In this document: positions 31,172 to 42,187 of the stretch, piece after piece
How positions within the stretch are numbered: the first letter of the stretch is position 1
Layout of the letters: the number at the start of each line of letters is the position of its first letter
Source of the DNA: an uncultured Alphaproteobacteria bacterium
GTDB taxonomy: Bacteria > Pseudomonadota > Alphaproteobacteria > Rhizobiales > Beijerinckiaceae
Reading direction: 5' to 3'
Assembly (NCBI GenBank): GCA_963709655.1
Contig: CAVPXF010000015.1
Span: 4,680-68,679 of the forward strand
Length of the DNA stretch: 64,000 nucleotides
The notes under the pieces: generated by a model
Database searches by the model: none
What the model was told of the DNA's origin: nothing
What the model saw: the letters and a program-made list of their open reading frames with translations, nothing else
Made by a program: the position numbers and the translations under genes

Positions 31172-31318
31172 AAAATCTCCAGCCTGCCGACCGACGCCGT
31201 CCGAGCGCTTCAGCAGATGCCGCGCGAGCGTGAGTTTTTTCCCTTCATGCTAGCCGTCGAAGCCGCGATGGCAAGAGTCGAGGCCGTCTAGCGACAGATT
31301 TATGACGCAAATCGCGGG

Positions 31319-32368
<1,050 letters not shown>

Positions 32369-32727
32369 TCAGGCGAAGTCCTCCATCTCGTAGAGCGGGC
32401 GGATTTCGACGATGGAGGGCCCGGCATCGGATTGGGGCAGCGCTCGACCCACGCGACCGCCTCATCGAGATCCTTCACCTTCCAGATCCAATAGCCGGCG
32501 ACGAGGTCCTCGACATTGCCGAACGGACCTTTGGACACCGTGCGATCAGTCCCAGAAAAGGCGACCCTCGCGCCTTGGCTGGTCGGCTTGAGGCCGCCGC
32601 CGTCGGTCATGATTCCGGCCGCGATCAGCTGCTGGTTGAACGCGCCCATGTCCGCCATCAATTGGGCGCTCGGCAACTTGCCGGCTTCCGAGTCCGTGGT
32701 CGCCTTGACGATCACCATCACGCGCAT
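32369..32727 (-). CDS. YciI family protein, -1 frameshift near 32418
   Basis: GPF..LVAGYWIW..EAVAWVERCP; adding one C gives GPSIVEIRPLYEMEDFA*. Confidence 0.85.
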
Positions 32728-32781
32728 CCGCTTATCTCCTCATGCGGGCGAGAAAGAATGAGGTTTTGGGCGCCCGGGCGG

Positions 32782-33420
32782 TCATGCGACCTCTCTCAAC
32801 GCCGGCGCCCTCGGCCAAGGATTGGCCCAGGCCGGAAGCTTGTCGAGCTCGTCAAGCCACCGGACGATGTTCTCAAAGGGGTCGAGCGGCATCTCCGATC
32901 GGCGCCAATAGGTCGCCATCGACGCCAGCTGAAAATCCGCGATCGTCAGACGTCCGCAAGCCGGGTGCAATCGGTTCGCGAGATGTCCGTCGAGCACCTT
33001 GGCGTACCGCTGAAGATTGGCGACCTTCTCTCGCAGCGACGCGCGGTCGGGGTCGCCCAGCCCGAACGTCCCCTTTACGATATGTTCGAAGTAGAAGGAC
33101 CCGACCGCTGGCCCCCAATGCTGGTCGTTCCACGACAGCCAGCGCAGAACCTCGACCTGCTCGGCGGGCTCGCCGGCCGGCCACATGTCCGAGCCGGCTT
33201 TTACGCAAATATACGCCATGATCGCAGAGGACTCCCAAAGCACAAAGTCGCCGTCGACGAGCGTCGGCGCCTTCATGTTTGGATTGAGTCGGACGTATTC
33301 GGGCGTTCTGAGGCCGCCCGCCATCATATCGACCTCGATAAGGTCGGCGTCCACGCAGAGGTGCTTGACGAGCGCCAGCACGCGGCGTGGCGCCTGAGCT
33401 TCAAACCAGTAGATCTTCAT
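32782..33420 (-). CDS. Glutathione S-transferase family protein
   Basis: LNPNMKAPTLVDGDFVLWESSAI, LTIADF. Confidence 0.9.
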   Translation of the reverse strand: MKIYWFEAQAPRRVLALVKHLCVDADLIEVDMMAGGLRTPEYVRLNPNMKAPTLVDGDFVLWESSAIMAYICVKAGSDMWPAGEPAEQVEVLRWLSWNDQHWGPAVGSFYFEHIVKGTFGLGDPDRASLREKVANLQRYAKVLDGHLANRLHPACGRLTIADFQLASMATYWRRSEMPLDPFENIVRWLDELDKLPAWANPWPRAPALREVA

Positions 33421-33563
33421 ATCGGGCCTCCAGCTGAATGGGAACGACCAGCAGCATTCCTGAGGGAAACGATCTTAAGGGCGGCGAACGCGCTCGCCGC
33501 CCTTTGGTCTCATGGCGTTCTCCCTCATTCGGCCGCAAGGCCAAGCGACTTCGCGTCGGCGAT

Positions 33564-34838
33564 TTACGGACGCGGACGGCGCTCGGCGAACCTCGTCGTG
33601 TTCTGATAGCGATAAGCAACCTGAAGTACGGAACGATCGTCTCCAGGCTTGCCGACGATTTGAAGGCCGAGCGGGAGCCCTCGTGTGTCGAAGCCGCAGG
33701 GGACGCTGATCGCCGGCAGGCCGAAATAATTCGCAAACATCGTCAGCTCCGCCGAAAGCGCAAGCGGATTGTCGATCGCCTCGACGACGCGAGGCGTCGG
33801 ATGCGGCGCCGTCGGCAGCATCATGAGATCGATGTCCGCAAAGGCCCGCTCGGCAATCGTTCTTCGATCGCTCTCAACGGCGTCGACGCCCTTGCCGAAG
33901 TCCGTGAGCGGCGCCGCCGCCCGCTTGGTCGCGAACCCGAGCTCGCGGATCGTCCCGACGGCGCGCTCGAAGGCGCCGATCACGGTCTCATCGGCCGCGA
34001 AATTGTCGGCGACGCCGACGCGCAGATTCACTTCGTCGCCGAGGCGGTCGGTATAGGAGAAGCCGGGCGGCGTACGCGTCCTGTCCGCGAGAACATCGAG
34101 CAGGATCGCAGCGTCCTCGACCTTTCGCGCCGTCACGCCAGCATGGGACAGCCAGCGGATATCCTCGCTCGGCGGCGGGGCGTCGCCGAGGATGCCGCTC
34201 ATGTCGATGAGACCAAACGTGCCTTTGAAGCCGACAACTCCGCAACAAGCCGCGGGCAGGCGGCACGAGCCGATGGCGTCGGTGTCGAGCGTTGCGCAGC
34301 ACATTGCGCTCGCGACCGCAGCCGCGGAGCCGCTCGACGAGCCTCCCGCGACGTATTCAGCATTGCATGGGTTTCGCACCGGGCCGAACGCGCTCTCGAG
34401 CCCGGATGTGCCCATGCCGAGGTCGTGCATGTTCGTCTTCCCGACGATCACCGCGCCCGCCGCTTTCAGGCGCGCGACCGCCGACGCGTCGGCGGCCGGA
34501 ATCCGAGTCCTGAAGCGCTCCGACGCCGCGGTCGTCCGGATGCCCGCCGTGTCGAAGAAGTCCTTGACGGCCACAGGGATTCCGTGGAGCAGCCCTCTGT
34601 GCTCGCCGCGCTCCATTTCCCTCGCCGCCCGCTCGGCGGCTTGCTTTGCGCCTGCGCTGTCGAGCGTGATGAAGGCGTTGAGGTCCCGACCCAGACTTTC
34701 GATGCGCTGGAGACAGGCCGCGAGAGTCTCGATGGGAGAGGCGCGCCGCTCGCGAAACGCCTGGGCCAACTCGGCGACGCCGGCGTAGATGTGCGGCCGG
34801 GACGATGACAAGGAACCGGCTCCCATGTGGGCCTCCAA
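33564..34838 (-). CDS. Amidase signature family protein
   Basis: LHGIPVAVKD, GKTNM, GGSSSGSAAAVA, GSCRLPAA. Confidence 0.88.
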   Translation of the reverse strand: MEAHMGAGSLSSSRPHIYAGVAELAQAFRERRASPIETLAACLQRIESLGRDLNAFITLDSAGAKQAAERAAREMERGEHRGLLHGIPVAVKDFFDTAGIRTTAASERFRTRIPAADASAVARLKAAGAVIVGKTNMHDLGMGTSGLESAFGPVRNPCNAEYVAGGSSSGSAAAVASAMCCATLDTDAIGSCRLPAACCGVVGFKGTFGLIDMSGILGDAPPPSEDIRWLSHAGVTARKVEDAAILLDVLADRTRTPPGFSYTDRLGDEVNLRVGVADNFAADETVIGAFERAVGTIRELGFATKRAAAPLTDFGKGVDAVESDRRTIAERAFADIDLMMLPTAPHPTPRVVEAIDNPLALSAELTMFANYFGLPAISVPCGFDTRGLPLGLQIVGKPGDDRSVLQVAYRYQNTTRFAERRPRP

Positions 34839-34870
34839 GGACCATCAGCTTGTCGTTTCGACCAACGCGC

Positions 34871-35350
34871 TCACTCGCCCTCGGCGGCCCTCTGCAACGC
34901 AGCGATGTCGAGCTTCTTCATCGACATGACCGCGCTCATCACGCGCTCGAGGCCTGCGGTGTCTCCCTTCTCGACGATCTGCGGAATGAGGCGCGGCACG
35001 ATCTGCCAGCTCACGCCGAACTTGTCGGTCAGCCAGCCGCACTGGCCGGGCTCGCCGCCGTCGCAGAGGCGCTCCCATAAGCGGTCGACCTCGTCCTGCG
35101 TGTCGCAACCGACGGTCAAAGAGATCGCCGGCGTGAACGAGAACTGCGGTCCGCCGTTGAGCGCGAGGAACTTTTGGCCCTCGATCTCGAACGCCATCGT
35201 CATCACGGCGCCTTTGGGACCGGGTCCGGCGTCGCCATAGCGCGCCGTCGCGTGAACTCGGCCGCCCGCAAATATCGAAAGGTAGTGCGCGACGGCCTCC
35301 TCGGCGTTGAAATTGAACCAGAGACAGGGCGTGATCTTTTGTTCGCTCAT
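34871..35350 (-). CDS. VOC family PhnB-like protein
   Basis: KITPCLWFN, LNGGP, CGWLTDKFGVSWQIVP. Confidence 0.9.
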   Translation of the reverse strand: MSEQKITPCLWFNFNAEEAVAHYLSIFAGGRVHATARYGDAGPGPKGAVMTMAFEIEGQKFLALNGGPQFSFTPAISLTVGCDTQDEVDRLWERLCDGGEPGQCGWLTDKFGVSWQIVPRLIPQIVEKGDTAGLERVMSAVMSMKKLDIAALQRAAEGE

Positions 35351-36024
35351 GGTTTCCTCTCCTCCTGCGCCGCGCCTTCGGGCAGCAGCGTCTCGAAGTA
35401 GCGTTTCAGGTGGTCGAGGCAGTCGGCTGCGACCTTCGGCCCGTGGCTCGCCTTGGCGAGGATGAAAGCGCCTTGCAGCACCGCCTGGGAAAAAAGCGCG
35501 GCGGTCTTCGGGTTCCAGTCCGCCTCCGGCGTGTGGAGAGCCTTGGCCTGAGCGAGATCGGCCTCGAGCCGCGCCGCATGCTCGCCGATGTAACGGTCGC
35601 AGGCCTGCCGGATGACGGGGTGGGTGTCGTAGGCCTCCTGAACCATCGTGCCGAGCAGGCAGGTGAACTGGGGCAATTCTCCCGCCAGAATCGACTTGCG
35701 GAACTCGACATAGCCGAGCGCGCGCGCCCGCGGATCGGGAAGCCCGGCGTAAGGCGCGGCGTCGAAGATCGCGTCGGCGTTGGCGGCGAAATGCGCCGCC
35801 GCCGCCACGGCGCAAGCCTCCTTGCTGGCGAAGTGATGGAAGAAGGCGCCCTTTGTCAGGCCAGCCTCGGCGCAGATGTCCTCGACGCGCGCCGCCGAAT
35901 AGCCCTTTGCGCGGATGACGTGGACGGCGGCGTCTAGGAGCTTGGCAACGGACGCCTCGGCTGCGGCGCTCTTGGCCGACCCCTCTTGCTCCCGCCCGGC
36001 CAGTTTTTGCTCTCGAACGCTCAT
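35347..36024 (-). CDS. TetR family regulator (NemR/LmrA-like)
   Basis: GYSAARVEDICAEAGLTKGAFFHHFASKE, CLLGT, QGAFIL. Confidence 0.9.
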   Translation of the reverse strand: MSVREQKLAGREQEGSAKSAAAEASVAKLLDAAVHVIRAKGYSAARVEDICAEAGLTKGAFFHHFASKEACAVAAAAHFAANADAIFDAAPYAGLPDPRARALGYVEFRKSILAGELPQFTCLLGTMVQEAYDTHPVIRQACDRYIGEHAARLEADLAQAKALHTPEADWNPKTAALFSQAVLQGAFILAKASHGPKVAADCLDHLKRYFETLLPEGAAQEERKP

Positions 36025-36033
36025 AACTCCTGC

Positions 36034-36051
36034 ATACCAACCGGTCGGTAT
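36034..36051. promoter_or_regulatory. TetR operator palindrome
   Basis: ATACCAACCGGTCGGTAT just upstream of the TetR start. Confidence 0.7.
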
Positions 36052-36185
36052 CAACGCAAGCAAAAAAGCGCCGATCTCCGTTCGCGACTGTTCGGTCACG
36101 ACTCGCGGAGGAAGCGGAGGCGAACCCTATGGCCGGCGCTGGCGCCGGCGCGCGTCGCCGCGGCCGGCTCCATGCGTCGCCTCGC

Positions 36186-36962
36186 TCAGCGCTTCGGCGC
36201 GACCAGGGCGAACAGCGCGCCCTGGGGGTCGAGCGCCTGGACGATCCACTGTCCGCCCGGCACCTCCATCGGCCCGTTGGCGATCTCACCGCCCTTGGCC
36301 TTGATCCGCTCGACCGCCGGGTCGAGCGCGTCGACGTTGACGTAGTAGAGCCAGAACGACGCCGGCGTCTGCGGCGTGCGAGTCATGATCCCGCCCTCCT
36401 CGCCGGAACCGGTCTTGAACATCCGATAGACGCCCATCGGCCCCATGTCGAACTCGCTGGTCTTCGACCAGCCGAAGAAGCGGCAGTAAAAGTCGAGCGC
36501 CTTGGCCCCGTCGTCGCAGTGCAGCTCGTGCCAGCCGACCGTTCCCGGCGTTCCGGGCGCCGGCGGCGGAGGGGGATTGCCGCCCGCGTCGCGAAACAGC
36601 ATGAAGGTCCCGCCGTAGGGGTCAGCGACCACGGCGAAGCGGCCGATTCCCGGAATGTCGGAGGGCGCCTTGAACACCTTGCCGCCCGCCTCCATCAGTT
36701 TCGGCAGGGCGAGGTCGACGTTCTCGACCCAAATGTAGGCGAGCCAGCAGGGCCGCGCGCCCATCGCTTTGGCGTCGGCCGGAATCGCCATCACGCCGCC
36801 GACCGGGTGGCCGCTCGCCAGGACGAGCTCGTAACGGAAGTCGGGCCTGCCGCCGTCGCGCGACCTCCAGCCGACGACATGGGCGTAAAAATCGACCGCC
36901 GCGTCGACGTCAGTCCCCATGTATTCGTACCAGACGAATTTCCCGATCGGCGCTGCACTCAT
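36186..36962 (-). CDS. Two-domain VOC/glyoxalase protein
   Basis: FVWYE, GRFAVVADP, GWHEL, DPQGALFAL. Confidence 0.9.
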   Translation of the reverse strand: MSAAPIGKFVWYEYMGTDVDAAVDFYAHVVGWRSRDGGRPDFRYELVLASGHPVGGVMAIPADAKAMGARPCWLAYIWVENVDLALPKLMEAGGKVFKAPSDIPGIGRFAVVADPYGGTFMLFRDAGGNPPPPPAPGTPGTVGWHELHCDDGAKALDFYCRFFGWSKTSEFDMGPMGVYRMFKTGSGEEGGIMTRTPQTPASFWLYYVNVDALDPAVERIKAKGGEIANGPMEVPGGQWIVQALDPQGALFALVAPKR

Positions 36963-37060
36963 GGACCGTTCCTCCTCAAAGTTGGGGTTCAACGTTACCG
37001 CTTTGCGGCGAAAAGAATAAGACGGCGAAATCGCCTAAGGGCGGCCAGCGAGGGCGGAGC

Positions 37061-37303
37061 CTAAGCCGCCGGGCCACCCCGCGCCCGCACGTAGGCTCGC
37101 TCGCCCGTCCGGGCGCAGAACCAGACTTCAACGAGTTCTCCCGACTTCGGATCGACAAAGCGTTCGCCGGTGAGCGTCCAGTCCCTTCCCGGCGGCGCGT
37201 CCAGCGGACGCCGCTTGTACCCGCCCGAGCGAAACAGAAGCCAGATCACGACCAGCGCGAACGGGAGGGCGACCCACAGGACGAAGGCGAACACACCGGT
37301 CAC
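37061..37303 (-). CDS. Small membrane protein (80 aa)
   Basis: TM helix then TGERFVDP..VEVW..TGERAY; GTGA overlap with upstream gene. Confidence 0.7.
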   Translation of the reverse strand: MTGVFAFVLWVALPFALVVIWLLFRSGGYKRRPLDAPPGRDWTLTGERFVDPKSGELVEVWFCARTGERAYVRARGGPAA

Positions 37304-37623
37304 GGCGCGCGTTCGATCACGGCGGCCGTGCCGTAGGCGACGATCTCGCTCATCGTATTGCCGATCTCGGCGCTGTCGTAGCGCATCATCAGGACGGCGT
37401 TCGCCCCCATGGCGGTCGCGTTCTGCACCAGCCGGTCGAGGGCGTGGCGGCGCGCCTCCTCGAGAAGCTGGGTGTATTCCGGGATCTCGCCGCCCACGAT
37501 CGTGCGCAGTCCGGCCAGCACATTGCCGCCGAGGCCCCGGCTGCGGACCACGACGCCGAAACACTGGCCGAGCGTCTGGACGGTCCGATGGCCGGCGATG
37601 TTTTCCGTGGTGGCGATGATCAT
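37300..37623 (-). CDS. YbjQ (UPF0145) family protein
   Basis: GLRTIVGGEIPEYT, GANAV, AYGTA. Confidence 0.92.
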   Translation of the reverse strand: MIIATTENIAGHRTVQTLGQCFGVVVRSRGLGGNVLAGLRTIVGGEIPEYTQLLEEARRHALDRLVQNATAMGANAVLMMRYDSAEIGNTMSEIVAYGTAAVIERAP

Positions 37624-37705
37624 GGGCTGCCCTCCTCTGCGCCGCCGTCGAGGTCGGCGCGCGCGCCAGCTTATCGCGAAACTGGACATATGGCCTCAAA
37701 GGATC

Positions 37706-37728
37706 TATATGACTACTTTGGTCATATA
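37706..37728. promoter_or_regulatory. TA operator palindrome
   Basis: TATATGAC-N7-GTCATATA upstream of the antitoxin. Confidence 0.7.
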
Positions 37729-37741
37729 TATGGGGCGATCC

Positions 37742-37984
37742 ATGCGCGAAATCCAGCTGAAAGACGCCAAGGCGCGGCTGTCCGCGGTCGTCAACGACGC
37801 GGTTCGCGGCGAGGAATTCGTGATCACCCGCCACGGCCACAAGGAGGCGGTGGTCGTCTCCTGGGAAACTTGGCGGCGACTGTCGAACGTTCCAAGCTTC
37901 GGCCGCCTTCTGGCTGCGGCGCCCCTTGAAGAGGCGGACCTCGCGGAACGTCAGGGGTCGCCGCTGCGCGACGCCGGTCTGTGA
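37742..37984 (+). CDS. Phd/YefM family antitoxin
   Basis: LKDAKARLSAVV..GEEFVITRHG..AVVVS. Confidence 0.9.
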   Translation: MREIQLKDAKARLSAVVNDAVRGEEFVITRHGHKEAVVVSWETWRRLSNVPSFGRLLAAAPLEEADLAERQGSPLRDAGL

Positions 37985-38421
37985 GGTTTTTGGTCGACAC
38001 GAACGTCATCTCGGCGCTCGCGCCGACCAAGGCCGAGCGGCCGGCGGAGCTGATCGACTGGCTGGATCGCCGGTCGGACGATCTGCTCGTCTCGGTCGTC
38101 ACGGCGGCCGAGATCCGCGCCGGCATCGCCAAGGCGGCGTGTGAAGGCGCGAAGCGCAAGGCCGAGGCGCTCGCCTCCTGGTGGGATGCGGTCGAGCATC
38201 TCTATAGCGACCGGATCCTGCCGCTCGATCTCAAGGCCGCAACCATCGCCGGCGCGCTATCGGACCTCGCGATAGCGAAAGGGCGCGCCCCCGGTTTCGC
38301 CGACATCGCGATCGCGGCCACCGCCAAGGCGAACGAACTCGCGCTGCTCACGAGAAATGTGCGCGACTTCGAGGCGATCTGCGAACGGGTGATCAATCCG
38401 TTCGAGGCGTTGCCGGAGTGA
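37981..38421 (+). CDS. VapC/PIN toxin
   Basis: LVDTNVIS, AEIRAG, DIAIAATA, TRNVRDF. Confidence 0.9.
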   Translation: MRFLVDTNVISALAPTKAERPAELIDWLDRRSDDLLVSVVTAAEIRAGIAKAACEGAKRKAEALASWWDAVEHLYSDRILPLDLKAATIAGALSDLAIAKGRAPGFADIAIAATAKANELALLTRNVRDFEAICERVINPFEALPE

Positions 38422-38520
38422 GACGGGAAGCGATGCCAGTGCGTTCGCGAATTGGCGTCCGGTGGCGCAAGAGTTGGAATTGGAATTGCCAGCCTCCGTC
38501 ACCCATATTATGTTCTCCGT

Positions 38521-38814
38521 ATGATACTGTCCGTCAGGGGTGTGGCGACGCTGCAGTTTCTCGAGTCAGGGAAGTCCAAATTTTCGGGTCTCGATGAAAG
38601 TCTCGCGCGACGGCGCTTGTCGGCCCTGAATGTGGCGCGGAAACTCGACGATCTCACGCGCTTGCGCAGCGTTGGCCTGCACAAGCTGAGCGGCGATCGG
38701 TCGGGCTTTTGGGCGATCCGCATCAATGGTCCGTGGCGCATCGTGTTCCGCTTCGACGATGGCGACGCGTTCGAGGTCGAAATCGTCGATTATCATGAGA
38801 GGCCAAGGCAATGA
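38521..38814 (+). CDS. higB: HigB (RelE-superfamily) toxin
   Basis: LHKLSGDRSGFWAIRINGPWRIVFRF..EIVDYH. Confidence 0.9.
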   Translation: MILSVRGVATLQFLESGKSKFSGLDESLARRRLSALNVARKLDDLTRLRSVGLHKLSGDRSGFWAIRINGPWRIVFRFDDGDAFEVEIVDYHERPRQ

Positions 38815-39134
38815 CTGAAAACGAGGTGTTCCTTGCGCCCCCCGACGGCTTCGCGTTGGAGCCTGTTCATCCGGGCGAGGTGTTGCAAGAGGAACTGGCC
38901 GCGCGTGGCCTGGCAGCCAACGCGCTCGCCCTGAAGCTGCGCGTTCCCGCCAACCGCCTGACGGAAATCCTCAACGGCAAGCGTGGCGTCTCGCCCGACA
39001 CGGCGCTCCGCCTCAGCCGATATCTCGGGCCGAGCGCCGCTTTCTGGCTCAATTTGCAAAGCCAGTACGATCTCGCACGGACGGAGAAGCTTCATGGAGC
39101 GAAGATTTGGGCGGAGGTCGAGTTGGCGGCGTAG
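38811..39134 (+). CDS. higA: HigA antitoxin
   Basis: HPGEVLQEE, DTALRL, FWLNLQSQYDL. Confidence 0.92.
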   Translation: MTENEVFLAPPDGFALEPVHPGEVLQEELAARGLAANALALKLRVPANRLTEILNGKRGVSPDTALRLSRYLGPSAAFWLNLQSQYDLARTEKLHGAKIWAEVELAA

Positions 39135-39205
39135 AAGGCGAAGAAGCACGCTCATTATCGCGACCCGTCGGGCGGTGCTTTGGCTCTTTCTGGACGAGCG
39201 CCGAT

Positions 39206-39251
39206 AGGAGGTTCTCCTGTTCCGGGCCGAGATGGCGAGGAGGAAGGCGGC
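39206..39251 (+). repeat. 46-bp direct repeat of the GST 3' end (42786-42831)
   Basis: AGGAGGTTC(T/C)CCTGTTCCGGGCCGAGATGGCGAGGAGGAAGGCGGC, one mismatch. Confidence 0.9.
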
Positions 39252-39339
39252 CTAACGGAAACCCGCCCTTTCATCGCGCGTCCCGTCGTTCGCCGATCGT
39301 GCGTGCGACGGCGCGCCTCCCTCCCCGCAGGCCAGCGAG

Positions 39340-40311
39340 CTAACCCGCAGCTCGCTCCGAGCGAATCTGGCGCACGCCCCGGCCGAGCTTGCGTCTGAGC
39401 AGGTTGCGAAGCGTCACGCCATCCTCGTAGCCAACGGCTGCAGCGATCTTCTCCACGTCATCGCTGGAAGTCCGCAGAAGGTGCACCGCGCGCTCGACGC
39501 GCAGATCCTGGAAGTACGACAGCGGGCTTTTGCCGAGCACATCGTTGATGCGGCGCGCCAGTGTCCGCTTGCTCGCTCCAATGACGTGCGCGGCCTCGTC
39601 AAGAGAGAAGCCATTGGCGAGGCTGTTACGCGCCCAGCGCTCGAATCGCTGGACGATCGGATCGGCGTGCGCGAGATGGTCGCTCATGGCGTAAGCGGAC
39701 TGGGTCGGTCGCGAGTCCACGATCAGGTAGCGCGCGGTTGTCTCCGCCAGGAGCGGACTCGCCTGGCGGATTAGCCACAACGCCATGTCCATATGGCTGA
39801 GCGCCGCGCCGGCGGTGAGCACGCGTCCCGAGCGAACGAGCATTCGTCCGTCATCGAGCCGAACTCGCGGATAGCGCTGTCGGAAATACGGCGCGAGCCA
39901 CCAGGTCGTCGTTGCGGTTTCGTTGTCGAGCACGCCGGATTCAGCGGCGACGAAAGTGCCGATGCATGCGGCCGCCACCTGCGCCCCCTGGTCGGCCCAA
40001 CCTTGCAAAATATCGGCAGCGGCGCGCGCCTCCGGCGTCGCGAGCGCAGCGGCCAACGGCTCGGTCGCCTTCTCGCCGATCGCCGGGACGACCACCCAAT
40101 CGGGCGGCGTGCGGCCGCGGGCAGACAAGGCTTTGAGCGTGAAGCCCTGCTTGGTGCGAATTCGGCGGCCAACGGCGACAACGCTCACATCAAATGCGAC
40201 AGAGGCAAGCCCCTGGGCGAGCGCGAGTTCGTTGGCCGTGGCGAAGGCGTCGAGCACCGCAGCCAAGCCGGTGTCGAACGCGCCGTTGAGCGCAAGCACG
40301 TCGATCTTCAT
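39340..40311 (-). CDS. GlxA-family AraC regulator (DJ-1/PfpI plus HTH)
   Basis: AACIGTF, ATTTWW, SKRTLARR, VGYED. Confidence 0.9.
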   Translation of the reverse strand: MKIDVLALNGAFDTGLAAVLDAFATANELALAQGLASVAFDVSVVAVGRRIRTKQGFTLKALSARGRTPPDWVVVPAIGEKATEPLAAALATPEARAAADILQGWADQGAQVAAACIGTFVAAESGVLDNETATTTWWLAPYFRQRYPRVRLDDGRMLVRSGRVLTAGAALSHMDMALWLIRQASPLLAETTARYLIVDSRPTQSAYAMSDHLAHADPIVQRFERWARNSLANGFSLDEAAHVIGASKRTLARRINDVLGKSPLSYFQDLRVERAVHLLRTSSDDVEKIAAAVGYEDGVTLRNLLRRKLGRGVRQIRSERAAG

Positions 40312-40423
40312 GACGCAATCGATATCAAAGATGTCGTTCTTGACAATAGGCCGAATGCGCTGGCGCGACTAGCTATGGCGGGCGCATCGCTCCTCCCCGC
40401 GAGGCGCCATCAGGAGAACCCCA

Positions 40424-40726
40424 ATGGTCAAGCTCGCTATCTTCGCCCGCTTCGAGGCCAAACCCGGCAAGGAAGATGCGGTGGCGAAGCTTCTCGAAAC
40501 GGCCCTCGACATGGCCAGGCAGGAACCGACCACGATCAACTGGTACGCGCTCAGGCTCTCGCCCACCACGTTCGGGGTGTTCGACACCTTCAACAATGAG
40601 GACGGACGCCAGAAGCATCTCACCGGTCCAATCGCACAGGCGTTGATGGCCAAGGCGCCGGAATTGTTCTCCTCACCACCGTCTATCGAACCGGTCGATG
40701 TGCTTGGATCGAAGACCGCGGCGTAG
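40424..40726 (+). CDS. Antibiotic biosynthesis monooxygenase (ABM) family protein
   Basis: EAKPGKE, FGVFDTF, GRQKHL; AGGAG RBS. Confidence 0.85.
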   Translation: MVKLAIFARFEAKPGKEDAVAKLLETALDMARQEPTTINWYALRLSPTTFGVFDTFNNEDGRQKHLTGPIAQALMAKAPELFSSPPSIEPVDVLGSKTAA

Positions 40727-40892
40727 GATCAGCGCTCGGGGCGGCAGCATGTGCGGCCGCCCCGTCAGCCAATTGAATTGGGAGATCGGAGCGATTGGGA
40801 GCAACCCCGACCAGGGGGCTCACCGCCAGCTGCATACCATGCCCGTTACCCTCGGAACGCGGCGCCAAGTCCGGCGACTTGCTTGGACGATG

Positions 40893-41067
40893 AGCGAGCC
40901 GCGCCGACTATGTGGCGGCGCGCAGCGGACGACGAGCGTTCCGCTCGCCTGTCGAGAACCGGATCTGGGTTTGCGTGTTCACCATGCGCGGCGAGACGCG
41001 CCGTATCATCAGCGTGAGGAAGGCCAATGACCGCGAAACGCGACGATATCATGAGACCCCGCGGTGA
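40893..41067 (+). pseudogene. BrnT-like toxin remnant
   Basis: Frame not in ORF track reads RADY..RIWVCVFTMRGETRRIISVRKANDRE; in-frame TGA upstream, N-terminus lost. Confidence 0.7.
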
Positions 41068-41317
41068 ACCGGATGCCGACGCGCCGCTGACCGACGAGGA
41101 ATTCGACCGGGGATATGGGGCCATGCTGGCGCGCCGGGCGCGCGCGGCCGCCGGCTTGTCGCAGGCCGCCTTCGCCGCGCAATACGGCATTCCGGCCGCG
41201 TCGTTGCGCGATTGGGAGCAGGGCCGCCGGGCGCCGGACGCCGCGACGCAGAGCTACCTGCGGGTCATCGCTCGCATGCCGGAAGCCATCGCCAAGGCGC
41301 TGCACGACGCGGCTTGA
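41051..41317 (+). CDS. XRE-family HTH antitoxin
   Basis: PLTDEEF..GLSQAAFA..SLRDWEQGRRAPD. Confidence 0.85.
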   Translation: MRPRGEPDADAPLTDEEFDRGYGAMLARRARAAAGLSQAAFAAQYGIPAASLRDWEQGRRAPDAATQSYLRVIARMPEAIAKALHDAA

Positions 41318-41432
41318 GCCTTGGACGCCCGATCATTTGAGGCGATCTTGGTCGCGCCGGCGCCCCGCATGCGGCCTCCGACAGGCGCCCACAGGCTCAG
41401 AGCGCAGGCGTCGCCGGCCGAACCAGCGCCTT

Positions 41433-42119
41433 CTATTTCGCAACGCCCGGCAGCACGTTGAGATCCGGCGGCCGGCCGCAGATCGTCACGACGGCGTCCT
41501 CGACGATCGGCTCGATCGCCGCTCGGGGCGTGCGGGCGCGAGCGCGGATGGAAAGCGTGTGGGTGGTCGCCGTGGCCATGCGGGCGAGGCGTTGCGGATC
41601 GGCGTCAGCCGGAAGTTCGCCGAGTTCGCGCGCATTGGTGAACAGTCGCTCGAAGGCGCGGTCGCTGTTGTCGATCGCCTCGCCGACCATCGACCGGATC
41701 TCCGGGTCGGCGATCGCGTCGGAAGACGCGCTGAGCACGGTGAAACATCCGCGCGGGCCCGTTTCGCCGCTGAGATAGAGATCGAGCGCGGCGAGAAAAA
41801 TGCGGCGGAGCTTTTCCGCGAGCGGCGCCCTTTCAGCTAAGAGCGGGACGAACGTCTCCCGCACATGCTCGCGATAGCGGCGATAGGCCTGGACGTAGAG
41901 CGCGCGCTTGTCGCCGAAGGCGCCGTAGAGGCTCGGTCGGTTGAGGCCGGTCGCTGCGCTGAGCTCGTCGAGAGACGTCGCAGCGAAGCCCTCTTTCCAG
42001 AAGACGTCCATCGCCTGGGCAAGAACCGCATCGGGTTCGAAAGCGCGGGGACGGCCACGCCGACGCTGCGGCTCGGGCCGAACTGCGGCGACTTGCGGGG
42101 GCGCTGATTTTTGTACCAT
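41433..42119 (-). CDS. TetR/AcrR family regulator
   Basis: RGRPRAF, FWKEGFAATS, RPSLYGAFGDK, RGCF. Confidence 0.92.
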   Translation of the reverse strand: MVQKSAPPQVAAVRPEPQRRRGRPRAFEPDAVLAQAMDVFWKEGFAATSLDELSAATGLNRPSLYGAFGDKRALYVQAYRRYREHVRETFVPLLAERAPLAEKLRRIFLAALDLYLSGETGPRGCFTVLSASSDAIADPEIRSMVGEAIDNSDRAFERLFTNARELGELPADADPQRLARMATATTHTLSIRARARTPRAAIEPIVEDAVVTICGRPPDLNVLPGVAK

Positions 42120-42187
42120 TTCGAATGAAAACCCTTGACGGCGAGTATTCTATGCGAAAGAGTACATAAATAGCAAAGGAGGATCCC

